From: Candidatus Saccharimonadota bacterium
GTDB lineage: Bacteria; Patescibacteriota; Saccharimonadia; Saccharimonadales; JACOTW01
Direction of reading: 5' to 3'
Assembly (NCBI GenBank): GCA_016178135.1
Contig: JACOTW010000002.1
Span: 13,043 to 77,042, forward strand
Length of the DNA: 64,000 bases
The notes under the pieces are model-generated. The model worked only from the letters and a program-made list of their open reading frames with translations. It made no database searches and was not told the DNA's origin. The translations under genes and the position numbers were made by a program. Each line of letters starts with the position of its first letter. Within the stretch, counting starts at the first letter, position 1. Positions 39,473 through 48,752 of this stretch are shown here, one piece after another.

Positions 39473-39501
39473 TTGACAATAATCCTAATATGATGTACAA
39501 T
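39473..39501 (+). promoter_or_regulatory. near-consensus sigma70 promoter
   Basis: TTGACA-17 bp-TACAAT, ~210 nt upstream of ATG 39710. Confidence 0.7.
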
Positions 39502-39709
39502 ATATCATAGTCGACAGTTATTTGAGGAGGAGCTGGCAGTTTTTGCCGCGCCGGAACTTGTGCTGTTGACGTACATTGACATGTCAGACTGGAATATATA
39601 GCGATTTTGGGGTCGCCTAGTGTGTTTGAAACTTGTTTGAAGTATCGAACATAACAGGCGGCCCTAAATGGGGAAGCTGGCGGTAACGCCACAAGACAGA
39701 AAGGTAACA

Positions 39710-40291
39710 ATGAAAAAAATTATTGTTATCGCAATCTTGTTGATGGCATTACTTGCCATCAACTCAACTCTTCCCTCCGCTTCTGCGGAAGGAAGCCAAA
39801 GCAGCGTTACCCTTTCGGGGGCAACGCTTTGTGGTGAGGCCGTGACGATGTCCGTCATGGCTTCTGGATTGGAGCCCAGTGTGGGCTTCAGTTTGGAAGA
39901 CCTCGACGACCAATGGGCGTCTTGGGGTATAGGAGGAGTCGGTTTTGACACCGACTCAGAAGGGGGTTTCACCGGTTCGGTGAAGCTTGTAGACGTTGGC
40001 GGGATCGTCCCAACACCAACACGGTTGGTGTTGTCAGTTTTTACCGACGATCCAGATGCTAACGATCCGTGGGTGTCGGAAGACATTACAGTTAGCGTTG
40101 CTAACTGTAATGCGCCACCGACCACACAGCCACCAACAACGGAGCCACCGACCACACAGCCACCAACAACGGAGCCACCGACCACACAGCCACCAACAAC
40201 GGAGCCACCGACCACACAGCCACCAACAACGGAGCCACCGACCATCAAGAAATCATCGAAGCCAAAAACGGCCTTGATGACGACCTTGTGA
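39710..40291 (+). CDS. secreted protein with Pro/Thr-rich tandem-repeat tail
   Basis: SD GAAAGG; signal peptide MKKIIVIAILLMALLA...ASA; (PPTTQPPTTE)x4. Confidence 0.8.
   Translation: MKKIIVIAILLMALLAINSTLPSASAEGSQSSVTLSGATLCGEAVTMSVMASGLEPSVGFSLEDLDDQWASWGIGGVGFDTDSEGGFTGSVKLVDVGGIVPTPTRLVLSVFTDDPDANDPWVSEDITVSVANCNAPPTTQPPTTEPPTTQPPTTEPPTTQPPTTEPPTTQPPTTEPPTIKKSSKPKTALMTTL
40114..40244 (+). repeat. perfect 30-bp tandem repeat, ~4.3 copies
   Basis: Unit GCCACCGACCACACAGCCACCAACAACGGA. Confidence 0.97.
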
Positions 40292-40496
40292 GGTTCGGGG
40301 GAGAGAGCACATACGCGCTCTTATCATGATGGCTTGCCATCGTGTATGTTCTCATTACGAGACACTCCCCCCGACTTCACCCCCCCCGCGACAATTGCCT
40401 ACCGGCAATACCCCCAGTCTGACATGTCGCAATCCCCCTTATTTTTTTTGCTTGTGTTTTAAAAGTGTCATATAATGAATAGTGATTATGTTTAGC

Positions 40497-41075
40497 ATGA
40501 ATAAGCTCAAATCAATATTCCGTGGCACTTTAACAGTTACTCATAGAGTCTTTAAAAAGCATTGGTTTAAAAACAAGCGCAATATAGTCATATTGGTGGC
40601 TATAGTTGGGCTGGTGGGTTTTTTGGGCTGGTGGTATTTTTCAAAACCCCAGACCGCGTATAGTCCAGTACCTAAATCACCGCTAGAAAAATACACTAGC
40701 GTTACACCGGTTCAAAAAGCCGACACGCTGGCATTTTATGGCGATTACCAGGGTAGCCAGAAGTTGCTGGATGATGAAATTGCCAAAACCAAGGACGATG
40801 CCAGTAAAAGCAAATTATATAACGCCAAATGCCTGATAGCCTTTAATCATAAACATTACGATGACTCTCTGACTTTTGCCCAGGCTGCAGAAAAACTGGC
40901 CCCAAGTCGCATTACGGCGTTGTATATAGCCAAGAGTAGCGAGGCTCTACATAACAAAAAACTGGCTCTGGAGTATTATAAAAAAGTGATTGAACGTACT
41001 CCGCAACAAATGAAAGACCTAGATGAAACCATCAACGTCGATAATGAAGCCAAGATAAAAGAGTTAAGCAAATGA
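40497..41075 (+). CDS. membrane-anchored TPR-like protein
   Basis: One TM, then helical repeats (AQAAEKLAP, ALEYYKKVIE). Confidence 0.7.
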   Translation: MNKLKSIFRGTLTVTHRVFKKHWFKNKRNIVILVAIVGLVGFLGWWYFSKPQTAYSPVPKSPLEKYTSVTPVQKADTLAFYGDYQGSQKLLDDEIAKTKDDASKSKLYNAKCLIAFNHKHYDDSLTFAQAAEKLAPSRITALYIAKSSEALHNKKLALEYYKKVIERTPQQMKDLDETINVDNEAKIKELSK

Positions 41076-43660
41076 GCCAGGAGAAATCGTTACATGCCCT
41101 ATCATCTGGCTCAAAAGCGGGTAATTTTGCCATGAAGCGAAGATTCTGGATGAGTTCTAAAAAATTTGTATTGCTGGGTATAGCGGGGTTTATTAGTCTG
41201 GCGGTTGTCGGCTTGTTGATGCCAGTCAAGGTACAAGCTGATCCGTTTGGGATACCTTGGGGGACTGGTTATTTTACTGGCGCCGGACCAATGTCTGGTG
41301 GTTTGGGCTCGGTTATAGCCGGGGGCATCGCCAGTACTACGGACAAAGCTACCTTTATTCAAAATATTAAAGACGAACTGGGCAATCCTTCTTCTGCTCC
41401 GAAACGAACTGGCGCGGCCTTTATTATTCAGACAATGCGCGGCGCCCCTAGTGGTGTACCCAATCCGCCAAGCGCCGCAGAGATAGCCGATTGGGAAGCG
41501 CGAGTCAATAGTGCAGCCATAACACTAAGCGTTGAGGACTTCTATTTTGATTACAATTCCGGCTACATGAAAGGTGTTGCCGACGACGACGCTTTCTATC
41601 AATCATCAGATACGAGAGTATCCATAGTTTTTCGGCATAACGGCACGGTGGTGTATGCCATAAAGATAGATTGTGGCAATGTTGTCGGGGATCTTCCTGG
41701 TCTGCCACCAATTGATGTGGGTGGCGGCGGCGGCGGTGGCGGCGGTGGCGGTGGTGGCGGCACACAGCTACCCGTCGGCTTTTTAGATGTTGCCAATTGC
41801 AGCACCATAGAGGGCTGGGCTCAAGACCCGGATGATCTGACGGTCAGCATACAGGTACACATTTATATTGGTGGTCCGGCTGGCACGGCGGGTATTACGC
41901 CCTATGCCGCTAATGCTAATATATATCGTGCAGACGTTGGAAATCATGGCTTTGTCTTTACTACACCACCTGGTGTATCTGGGGACGTCTACGTTTACGG
42001 CATCGATATACAAGGCGTGGGTAACCCTGTGCTTACAAATTCCCCAATCAATATAGGTGTTTGCCCTGCACGGGGCCCTACGCCGATAGTTACGACAAAC
42101 TCAACATCGGCGTTTTGTAATGCTGCTACGGGTTTTGGGGTAGCGAATGTTAGCTGGCCGGCCGGTACTTTGACCGGAAGCCTAGGTATTTATATTGACG
42201 TTTCCACCGATCCTGGCTTCGGTAGTTTCTATAAACACGGTCCGCTTTCCGGTACAACTGATGTTATCCCCAACGGCTATGTAGATAGTGTTTCTGGCGC
42301 GCCTATGCCGTCTTTGCCAGGGGGGGTTACCTATTTTGTTCGGCTTTTCAGCGATGCTTATAGCCCGGTTCATTCTAATTTGACTTCATTTGTCGCTCCG
42401 GTTTGTCCGCCCTCCACCCCGACAGCTAGTGCTTCCTGTATCGGTAGCGCTTCCGGCGCTGCTATTACATGGTCCGGTAGCCCCGATGCTATTGGTCCTA
42501 GCGGAGCAGTCGGCTTTTATGTGGATCTGTCTACGGATTCAGCCTTCGGCAGTTTTTATACCAAGTGGGCCGGTAATGTTAACTCTACGCAAGGGCCAAG
42601 TGGATTTGTTTTGAATGGATCAGGGACGCCCATGCCTTCTATGGTGGCTGGTACTTGGTATACTCGTGTTAATAATGGTCAGTTTTCCAGCGTAACATCC
42701 TTTACGACATTGGATTGTCGTGCTCCTTATATAAGAGCTTATGGTGGTGATGTCAGAGCTGGCGATAGTTTTCCTGATAGTAGTGGCGTATGTAGCCCTG
42801 TGGCCAGTGCCGACATAAAAGCATTCAATGACTCGGCAAATAATTATGCCGGATCTGGTAGTCAGTCTGCCGTATTTGCTACTGGCAGTATCACGGAATT
42901 TGTATCATCCGCCATGAGTTTGAGTACATCTATAGCACAGGTACCCAAAGGGCTAACCTTTGCTAACAGTTCTGGGATATATGGTGGTAATTTTGGCAGC
43001 AATGAATGTTTGCCAGACTTTTTTGCCAATGCCCAAAAAGTTCCTTCTCCCACTAGTGGCCCTAGAACTATTGATATTGGTTTAATAGAGGGCGCTTCTC
43101 CTGCTGGTCCCAAAGAGGGTAAATTTTATGTAAAGGGACCAGGTTTAACAACCGTCATCGGTCAATCCGGCCCTATATTTAACAGAACCAGAATAACAGT
43201 TTACGCAGATGGTGACGTAGTTATAAGAGATAAGAACATTATATATTCCGGCGGGTATAATGCGCCAAGAGATATACCGGCTATATATGTTATCGCGAAA
43301 GGCAATATCTATATCGATAAATCAATAACCCAGCTGGATGGTGTGTATGTGTCACAAATGGGAACAATCTATACTTGCTCAAACGGACCTGCCATACCAG
43401 GAGATCCCTGGCTGGTGGCTAATTGTAATTCAAAACTTGTCGTAAACGGATCTTTGATGGCACCAAACATTAAATTTTTACGACTGGCGAACAACTTGAG
43501 TAATGCCAGCCATGGCGAGGACGCTTATTCCAATAATGCCGCCGAAACATTTAACTTTACTCCTGAATTTTGGATAACGCATTTTCCGGTATGGGGCAGT
43601 AATTCGGGTGGTTCTTCGGGGTCATACGACATGATCACTAATCTGCCACCAGTTTTATAG
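41072..43660 (+). CDS. large secreted pilus-associated/adhesin-like protein with Gly14 linker and two internal repeats
   Basis: Signal peptide, poly-Gly at 41720-41761, duplicated (I/F)Y(I/V)D(V/L)STD..FGSFY...PMPS domain; directly upstream of pilM; start may be a downstream Met. Confidence 0.7.
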   Translation: MSQEKSLHALSSGSKAGNFAMKRRFWMSSKKFVLLGIAGFISLAVVGLLMPVKVQADPFGIPWGTGYFTGAGPMSGGLGSVIAGGIASTTDKATFIQNIKDELGNPSSAPKRTGAAFIIQTMRGAPSGVPNPPSAAEIADWEARVNSAAITLSVEDFYFDYNSGYMKGVADDDAFYQSSDTRVSIVFRHNGTVVYAIKIDCGNVVGDLPGLPPIDVGGGGGGGGGGGGGGTQLPVGFLDVANCSTIEGWAQDPDDLTVSIQVHIYIGGPAGTAGITPYAANANIYRADVGNHGFVFTTPPGVSGDVYVYGIDIQGVGNPVLTNSPINIGVCPARGPTPIVTTNSTSAFCNAATGFGVANVSWPAGTLTGSLGIYIDVSTDPGFGSFYKHGPLSGTTDVIPNGYVDSVSGAPMPSLPGGVTYFVRLFSDAYSPVHSNLTSFVAPVCPPSTPTASASCIGSASGAAITWSGSPDAIGPSGAVGFYVDLSTDSAFGSFYTKWAGNVNSTQGPSGFVLNGSGTPMPSMVAGTWYTRVNNGQFSSVTSFTTLDCRAPYIRAYGGDVRAGDSFPDSSGVCSPVASADIKAFNDSANNYAGSGSQSAVFATGSITEFVSSAMSLSTSIAQVPKGLTFANSSGIYGGNFGSNECLPDFFANAQKVPSPTSGPRTIDIGLIEGASPAGPKEGKFYVKGPGLTTVIGQSGPIFNRTRITVYADGDVVIRDKNIIYSGGYNAPRDIPAIYVIAKGNIYIDKSITQLDGVYVSQMGTIYTCSNGPAIPGDPWLVANCNSKLVVNGSLMAPNIKFLRLANNLSNASHGEDAYSNNAAETFNFTPEFWITHFPVWGSNSGGSSGSYDMITNLPPVL

Positions 43661-43816
43661 ACAAAAAGGGTATTGTCATAAATGGTAATGGTTATGCTAT
43701 AATTTGTCTAAGTAGTAGTCTGGCCAAATGGCAGATTTACTCATACGAAGAATGGATTACATAAACTATGAAAATTACCAAAAAGAACAAAAGAACAGCA
43801 AAGGTGTTTTAGCGGA

Positions 43817-44857
43817 ATGAGTATATTGAGTGGGGTATCTGAATTTTTCGGTCTAGATATGGGGACTACAGCTATTCGCTTGGTAGAACTTAGGGGTAGC
43901 GGGCCAGTTAAAGCTCTAGCTAAATACGCCTATGTGCCCGTTGACAGCAAGCTTGCTTTGAGCGATTCCAAGGCCGATCAATTACGCCTAGTGAAAATTA
44001 TTAATGATCTTATCACCGAAGCACGGGTATTGACCAAAAATGTGGCCGTTGGTATTCCGTCGCAACGAGTGTTTACTACGGTTGTAGATATTGAGCGCTT
44101 GTCGCCTGCCGAGCTGGCTAAAAGTCTGAAATACCAAGCCGACGCCTTGATTCCGACGCCATTGTCAGAATCTAAGCTTGACTGGTCACTACTAGGGGAT
44201 TCACCTAAGGATAAAACAAAGATGGAAGTCCTGCTCTCTAGTGTTACTAATGAATTTGTAGAAAATCGTCTGGATTTGCTGGAATCGATTGGTCTCAATG
44301 TTATTGCGTTCGAGCCGGATAATTTGGCACTTAGCCGCGCATTGATCGCTCCAGACGCAGTTATGCCACAAATGGTGCTTGATATTGGTAGCAAGAGCAC
44401 CGATCTGGTTATTGTTATGAATGGAGCGCCAAGATTGACTAGATCTATTCCGACAGGGTCAGAAGCTATCATTAAAGCCGCAGTACAGAACCTGAATATT
44501 GACGAAAAACAGGCCGGAGAATTTGTTTTTAAATTCGGTCTTTCTAAGGACAAATTAGAAGGGCAAATTGCCCAGGCTATCTTAAGTACGGTTGATTTGC
44601 TAGTGTTAGAAATCGATAAATCCATAAAGTTCTTCCAGGCGCGCTATCCGGAAACCAAGGTTGATCGCATTATCGTAACTGGTGGTGCTTCGGCTTTACC
44701 GGAGTTTCCATTGTATATTGCTAATAAGTTTGGCATAAGCGTTGAGATTGGTAATGCTTGGCGTAACATATCTTTTGCTGCTGATCGTCAGAACGAACTA
44801 CTGGCCGTTTCCAGCCATTTTGGTGTGGCGGCGGGGTTAGCGGAGAGGCAAGAATGA
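43817..44857 (+). CDS. pilM: type IV pilus assembly protein PilM
   Basis: GLDMGTTAIRLVEL, VLDIGSKST, VTGGASAL, AAGLA. Confidence 0.92.
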   Translation: MSILSGVSEFFGLDMGTTAIRLVELRGSGPVKALAKYAYVPVDSKLALSDSKADQLRLVKIINDLITEARVLTKNVAVGIPSQRVFTTVVDIERLSPAELAKSLKYQADALIPTPLSESKLDWSLLGDSPKDKTKMEVLLSSVTNEFVENRLDLLESIGLNVIAFEPDNLALSRALIAPDAVMPQMVLDIGSKSTDLVIVMNGAPRLTRSIPTGSEAIIKAAVQNLNIDEKQAGEFVFKFGLSKDKLEGQIAQAILSTVDLLVLEIDKSIKFFQARYPETKVDRIIVTGGASALPEFPLYIANKFGISVEIGNAWRNISFAADRQNELLAVSSHFGVAAGLAERQE

Positions 44858-45276
44858 AAAAACGCATAACGACAAAATCTAAATACGCCCAAATGACCGC
44901 TATGTATAGCCCCCGCAAAACAAATTCGGGGGTTTTGGAGCCGATGATCTTCGAGTCAAAAATTGGCTTTTCCGAGGGAAGCATATCATTAGATAAGGTG
45001 AGTGAGGAAAGACAGCTTTTGACCGGAGAGGGCGGTTCAAAAAGCCGTGAATTTGTTTTGCGGGGGCTATATTATGCTGGTACTGTACTGGACTTACGCA
45101 AAGCTCCCCCATCCCCAGACCAATTCATCTTGGCTGGTAGCGGTCTGTCTTCTCTCGATGTAGCTAAGGCTACCTCTCCTTCAGATAAAACAGTTTTCGC
45201 TCGAGATAATTCACTCTGGGAACGGACGATTTTGCATAAGTCCAGTGTACTACTGTCATCAGAGGTTATGTCATGA
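44854..45276 (+). CDS. bridging ORF composed mostly of one family-B and one family-A element
   Basis: ATGA overlap with the pilM stop and ATGA overlap with the pilN start; 109 of 140 codons repeat-derived. Confidence 0.5.
   Translation: MKKRITTKSKYAQMTAMYSPRKTNSGVLEPMIFESKIGFSEGSISLDKVSEERQLLTGEGGSKSREFVLRGLYYAGTVLDLRKAPPSPDQFILAGSGLSSLDVAKATSPSDKTVFARDNSLWERTILHKSSVLLSSEVMS
44907..45069. mobile_element. palindromic element family B, copy 2 (163 bp, TA flanks)
   Basis: TAGCCCCCGCAAAACAAATTC / GAATTTGTTTTGCGGGGGCTA perfect 21-bp TIR. Confidence 0.88.
45088..45245. mobile_element. family A element (158 bp, TSD TGTA)
   Basis: TGTA-CTGGACTTACGCAAAG...TTTTGCATAAGTCCAG-TGTA. Confidence 0.95.
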
Positions 45277-45986
45277 TTCAGTTTAACCTCTTACCTGACG
45301 TAAAGCTTGATTATATTAAAGCTAAGCGAATCAAACGCTTTGTAATATTGATTTCTATTACTATTGCCGGAGCACTTCTGGCAATTATGGTATTGCTGTT
45401 TTTGGCTGTCAACGTCTTTCAGAAAGGTCACCTGGATGACTTGAACGTTGATATCAAAAAGTATAGTACAGAACTAAAGAGTACGCAGGATCTAAGCAAA
45501 ATATTAACTATTCAAAATCAACTTAATAAATTGAATAAACACGATAATACGCCTGGACTACATGATAAAAAACCGGTTGCCTCCCGCTTATTTCCGTATT
45601 TGTCGCAGATGCTTCCTGATAAGCTTAGCATTGCAAACCTTGATGTTGACTTTGAAGTACAAACCATGTCTTTCACCGGTGGTGCTGACAGCTTGAGTAC
45701 TATTAATAAATTTGTTGATACCCTTAAGTTTACAACCTACAAAATTGACAAGGAGCCCAATGAGATAAAAGCTTTCTCAAGCGTAGTGTTAACTAATTTT
45801 GGGCGTGATGACGCTGCTGCCACCTATCAGATAGATCTTAAATTCGACCTTCTTATCTTTGATTCATCGAAAGAAATAAGTATCCTGGTACCTAAAATCA
45901 TCACTACTCGTTCTGAAACCGAAAAGCCAGTTGATCTATTTCAGTCGACAGGTAGCGAACAAATTAATAAACAGGTTAACGAGTAA
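45273..45986 (+). CDS. pilN: PilN-like pilus assembly protein
   Basis: IQFNLLP motif followed by TM and coiled coil; follows pilM. Confidence 0.8.
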   Translation: MIQFNLLPDVKLDYIKAKRIKRFVILISITIAGALLAIMVLLFLAVNVFQKGHLDDLNVDIKKYSTELKSTQDLSKILTIQNQLNKLNKHDNTPGLHDKKPVASRLFPYLSQMLPDKLSIANLDVDFEVQTMSFTGGADSLSTINKFVDTLKFTTYKIDKEPNEIKAFSSVVLTNFGRDDAAATYQIDLKFDLLIFDSSKEISILVPKIITTRSETEKPVDLFQSTGSEQINKQVNE

Positions 45987-45989
45987 ATT

Positions 45990-46664
45990 ATGGTTAAACT
46001 TGCTTTTTCTACAAAAAGACTTCAGATCGATAAGGCAAACTCGGCGGTTGTTATAGCAACGGCTGTTGCCGTATTCATTGCTGTGTTTTCGTTGTTCGCA
46101 TCGAAGGCATTGCTTAGTAAACGTTCCTACCAGGGGCGCGTTATAGACGGTAAAGAAAAAGCAGTCAAGCAGTTAAAAGATAATTTAGTTGCTCGTGATG
46201 GCTTGGTGAGTGCCTATAAGCAGTTTGTTGAAGCGCCAACCAACATACTGGGAGGTAACCCTAACGGCACAGGCGAAAAAGATGGCGATAATGCCCGCCT
46301 GATTCTAGATGCCTTGCCAAGTAAGTATGACTATCCAGCTCTAGCCAGTAGTTTAGAAAAAATACTGACTGATAAAAGCTTTGTGTTTAAATCTATTACG
46401 GGTAGCGATGATGAAATTGTTCAACAAAAAAACCCCAGTAGTCCTGAACCTGAAGTAGTTGATATGCCGTTTGAGATAACTGTTGGCAGTACATATAATG
46501 CCGCACCTAGCTTGATATTACTTTTTGAGAACTCCATACGGCCATTTCAGATTCAAAAACTTTCTCTTAGTGGCACCAACGCTGATTTAGCAACCGTTAT
46601 TAAGGCCAAGACTTTCTATCTTCCTGAAAAAAATCTAAACATAGGGACAAAGGTAGTTAAATGA
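45990..46664 (+). CDS. PilO-like pilus assembly protein
   Basis: TM, coiled coil, ALP.., FENSIRPFQI; position after pilN. Confidence 0.7.
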   Translation: MVKLAFSTKRLQIDKANSAVVIATAVAVFIAVFSLFASKALLSKRSYQGRVIDGKEKAVKQLKDNLVARDGLVSAYKQFVEAPTNILGGNPNGTGEKDGDNARLILDALPSKYDYPALASSLEKILTDKSFVFKSITGSDDEIVQQKNPSSPEPEVVDMPFEITVGSTYNAAPSLILLFENSIRPFQIQKLSLSGTNADLATVIKAKTFYLPEKNLNIGTKVVK

Positions 46665-46918
46665 AACAAAAAGACATTATTGTAATCATTGTCGTTACTT
46701 TTATTAGTGTGGTTATTTCTCTGTTATTGTCCACTAAGCTGTTTGATCCGCCTAAAAATCGTACGACGGAAGTCGAGGTTGTTCAGTCAATAACTTCTGA
46801 CTTCTTAACTCCTGACAAAAAATACTTCAATGATAAATCTTTGAACCCAACCAAACTAATCCAAATCGGTGATAGCTCCAACTCACAACCATTTAATAAT
46901 AATCAGACACAGCAGTAG
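46661..46918 (+). CDS. small single-TM pilus-locus protein
   Basis: MKQKDI plus TM; coupled to the upstream gene. Confidence 0.7.
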   Translation: MKQKDIIVIIVVTFISVVISLLLSTKLFDPPKNRTTEVEVVQSITSDFLTPDKKYFNDKSLNPTKLIQIGDSSNSQPFNNNQTQQ

Positions 46919-46932
46919 ATTGAAGCGGCGAT

Positions 46933-48741
46933 ATGAGCATCTTATCGGCTGCTATCCAGAAACAGGTTGAAGAAAAGCTTATTAATGACGGTTTGATTAC
47001 CAAGGCCAAATTTAATGACCTTAAAGCCAAAGCGGATGCTGATCATGTACCCGTACTGGGCCTCCTGATTAAGGATGGACAAGTATCTAACGAAGTGCTG
47101 ACTAAAACAGTATCACACATTACCAAAGTACCTTACGTGAATCTGTCTAATGCCAAGATTGACCAAAATATTCTGCAACTTTTGCCACAAGCTCTAGCCG
47201 AGCGTTATATGTCCGTGCCACTCGGGGAAATGCATAATCGTTTAGTGGTAGCCATGCTGGATGCCGGTAATGTTCAGGCTGTGGATTTTCTGTCCAATAA
47301 GATTGGTCGTCCGCTCAAGGTTTATGCTGCCAGCGAAGAAGGCATCAGAAATGTTATAAAACAATATAACTTTTCACTAGACAAGGGAATACCAGGCTCC
47401 TTGACTAAACAGGCAGATACCGAAGCGCAAGCTCTGGAATTAGAAAAATCTAATCTTAAGCCGACTGATAAAACCCAAAATATTAAAGATATTGTTCAGG
47501 ATTCTCCGATTAGTAAGGCTTTGACGACTATTCTTGAGTATTCTGCCAATAACCGAGCTAGTGATATTCATATTGAACCGCTGGAAAAAGAATTGAGAAT
47601 TCGTTGCCGTATCGATGGAGTGCTGCGTGAAATTATGAAGTTACCCAAAAGCACTGAACCGGCTTTGATATCTCGCATCAAGATTCTATCTAATTTAAAA
47701 ATTGACGAACACCGCATTCCTCAAGATGGTACTTTTACCGTTCAGGTGGGAGAAAAGAGCATTGATCTGCGTATAGCGATTTCTCCGGTAGTGTGGGGTG
47801 AGCAGGTAGTTATAAGATTGCTTGATAAGTCTGGGACCAGTCTCAAGCTCGAGGATATGGGATATGCTGGACGAGCATTACATACTATCCGTAAAGGGTT
47901 AAAAGAGTCTAATGGTTTGATTTTGACTTCTGGGCCGACTGGTTCCGGCAAATCTACCTCTATGTACGCGCTTATTCAGGAGATAAAAAACGACAGCATT
48001 AATATTGTTACGCTGGAAGATCCGGTTGAGTATAAGGTAGATGGGGTTAATCAGATACAGGTTAACAGCGATGTTGGTCTGACATTTGCCGCGGGTTTGC
48101 GCTCTATACTGCGTCAAGACCCTAATGTTGTCATGGTCGGGGAAATTCGTGATAAAGAAACTGCTACTCTGGCTGTCCAAGCGGCCCTTACTGGGCACTT
48201 GGTGTTTTCAACCCTGCATACCAATTCAGCTGCTGGTATTTTGCCACGTTTGCTGGATATGGGCATTGAGCCATTCTTGATTGCTAGCACAGTCCATACG
48301 GTTATTGGTCAGCGTTTAGTCCGGCGTATTGCCGGAGAAGACAAAGAAACTCGCCAATCTGACAAGCCGGAAACAGAAGCCATTCGCCAAACAGTCGATC
48401 ATATATTACCGGAAAAATCAGGAGACGTTAAGGCGGTGGCCATAGATCTTGGCTACGAGGACTTGCCGTTGAGGGGGCAAAACGCTTATACTTTATATCA
48501 GGGCAAAGATAGTCCCGATACGCCCGGCGGTTATAAGGGAAGAATGGGGCTGTATGAGGTCTTTGAGATAACGGACACGATTCAAGATCTGATTCTCAAA
48601 CGATCTACCAGTAGTGAGATCCAAAAAGCCGCCCAAGCCCAGGGTATGGTAACTATGCGGGAAGATGGATACCTCAAGGCTCTTGTCGGTCAAACGACAA
48701 TTGCCGAAGTTAATCGGGTGGCTTCTGTCGATAGCGCGTAA
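46933..48741 (+). CDS. pilB: type IV pilus extension ATPase
   Basis: ASDIHIEP, GPTGSGKST, TLEDPVE, LRQDPNVVMVGEIRD, TGHLVFSTLHTN. Confidence 0.95.
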   Translation: MSILSAAIQKQVEEKLINDGLITKAKFNDLKAKADADHVPVLGLLIKDGQVSNEVLTKTVSHITKVPYVNLSNAKIDQNILQLLPQALAERYMSVPLGEMHNRLVVAMLDAGNVQAVDFLSNKIGRPLKVYAASEEGIRNVIKQYNFSLDKGIPGSLTKQADTEAQALELEKSNLKPTDKTQNIKDIVQDSPISKALTTILEYSANNRASDIHIEPLEKELRIRCRIDGVLREIMKLPKSTEPALISRIKILSNLKIDEHRIPQDGTFTVQVGEKSIDLRIAISPVVWGEQVVIRLLDKSGTSLKLEDMGYAGRALHTIRKGLKESNGLILTSGPTGSGKSTSMYALIQEIKNDSINIVTLEDPVEYKVDGVNQIQVNSDVGLTFAAGLRSILRQDPNVVMVGEIRDKETATLAVQAALTGHLVFSTLHTNSAAGILPRLLDMGIEPFLIASTVHTVIGQRLVRRIAGEDKETRQSDKPETEAIRQTVDHILPEKSGDVKAVAIDLGYEDLPLRGQNAYTLYQGKDSPDTPGGYKGRMGLYEVFEITDTIQDLILKRSTSSEIQKAAQAQGMVTMREDGYLKALVGQTTIAEVNRVASVDSA

Positions 48742-48752
48742 AACTAATAAGG

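Noticed and set aside
40114..40244. Possible CRISPR array
   Set aside because: Units are contiguous with no spacers and encode a Pro/Thr peptide; no cas genes in the window.
39664..40248. 194-aa minus-strand ORF with VVGGC/VVGGS repeats
   Set aside because: Mirror of the Pro/Thr repeat; the plus strand has the promoter, SD and signal peptide.
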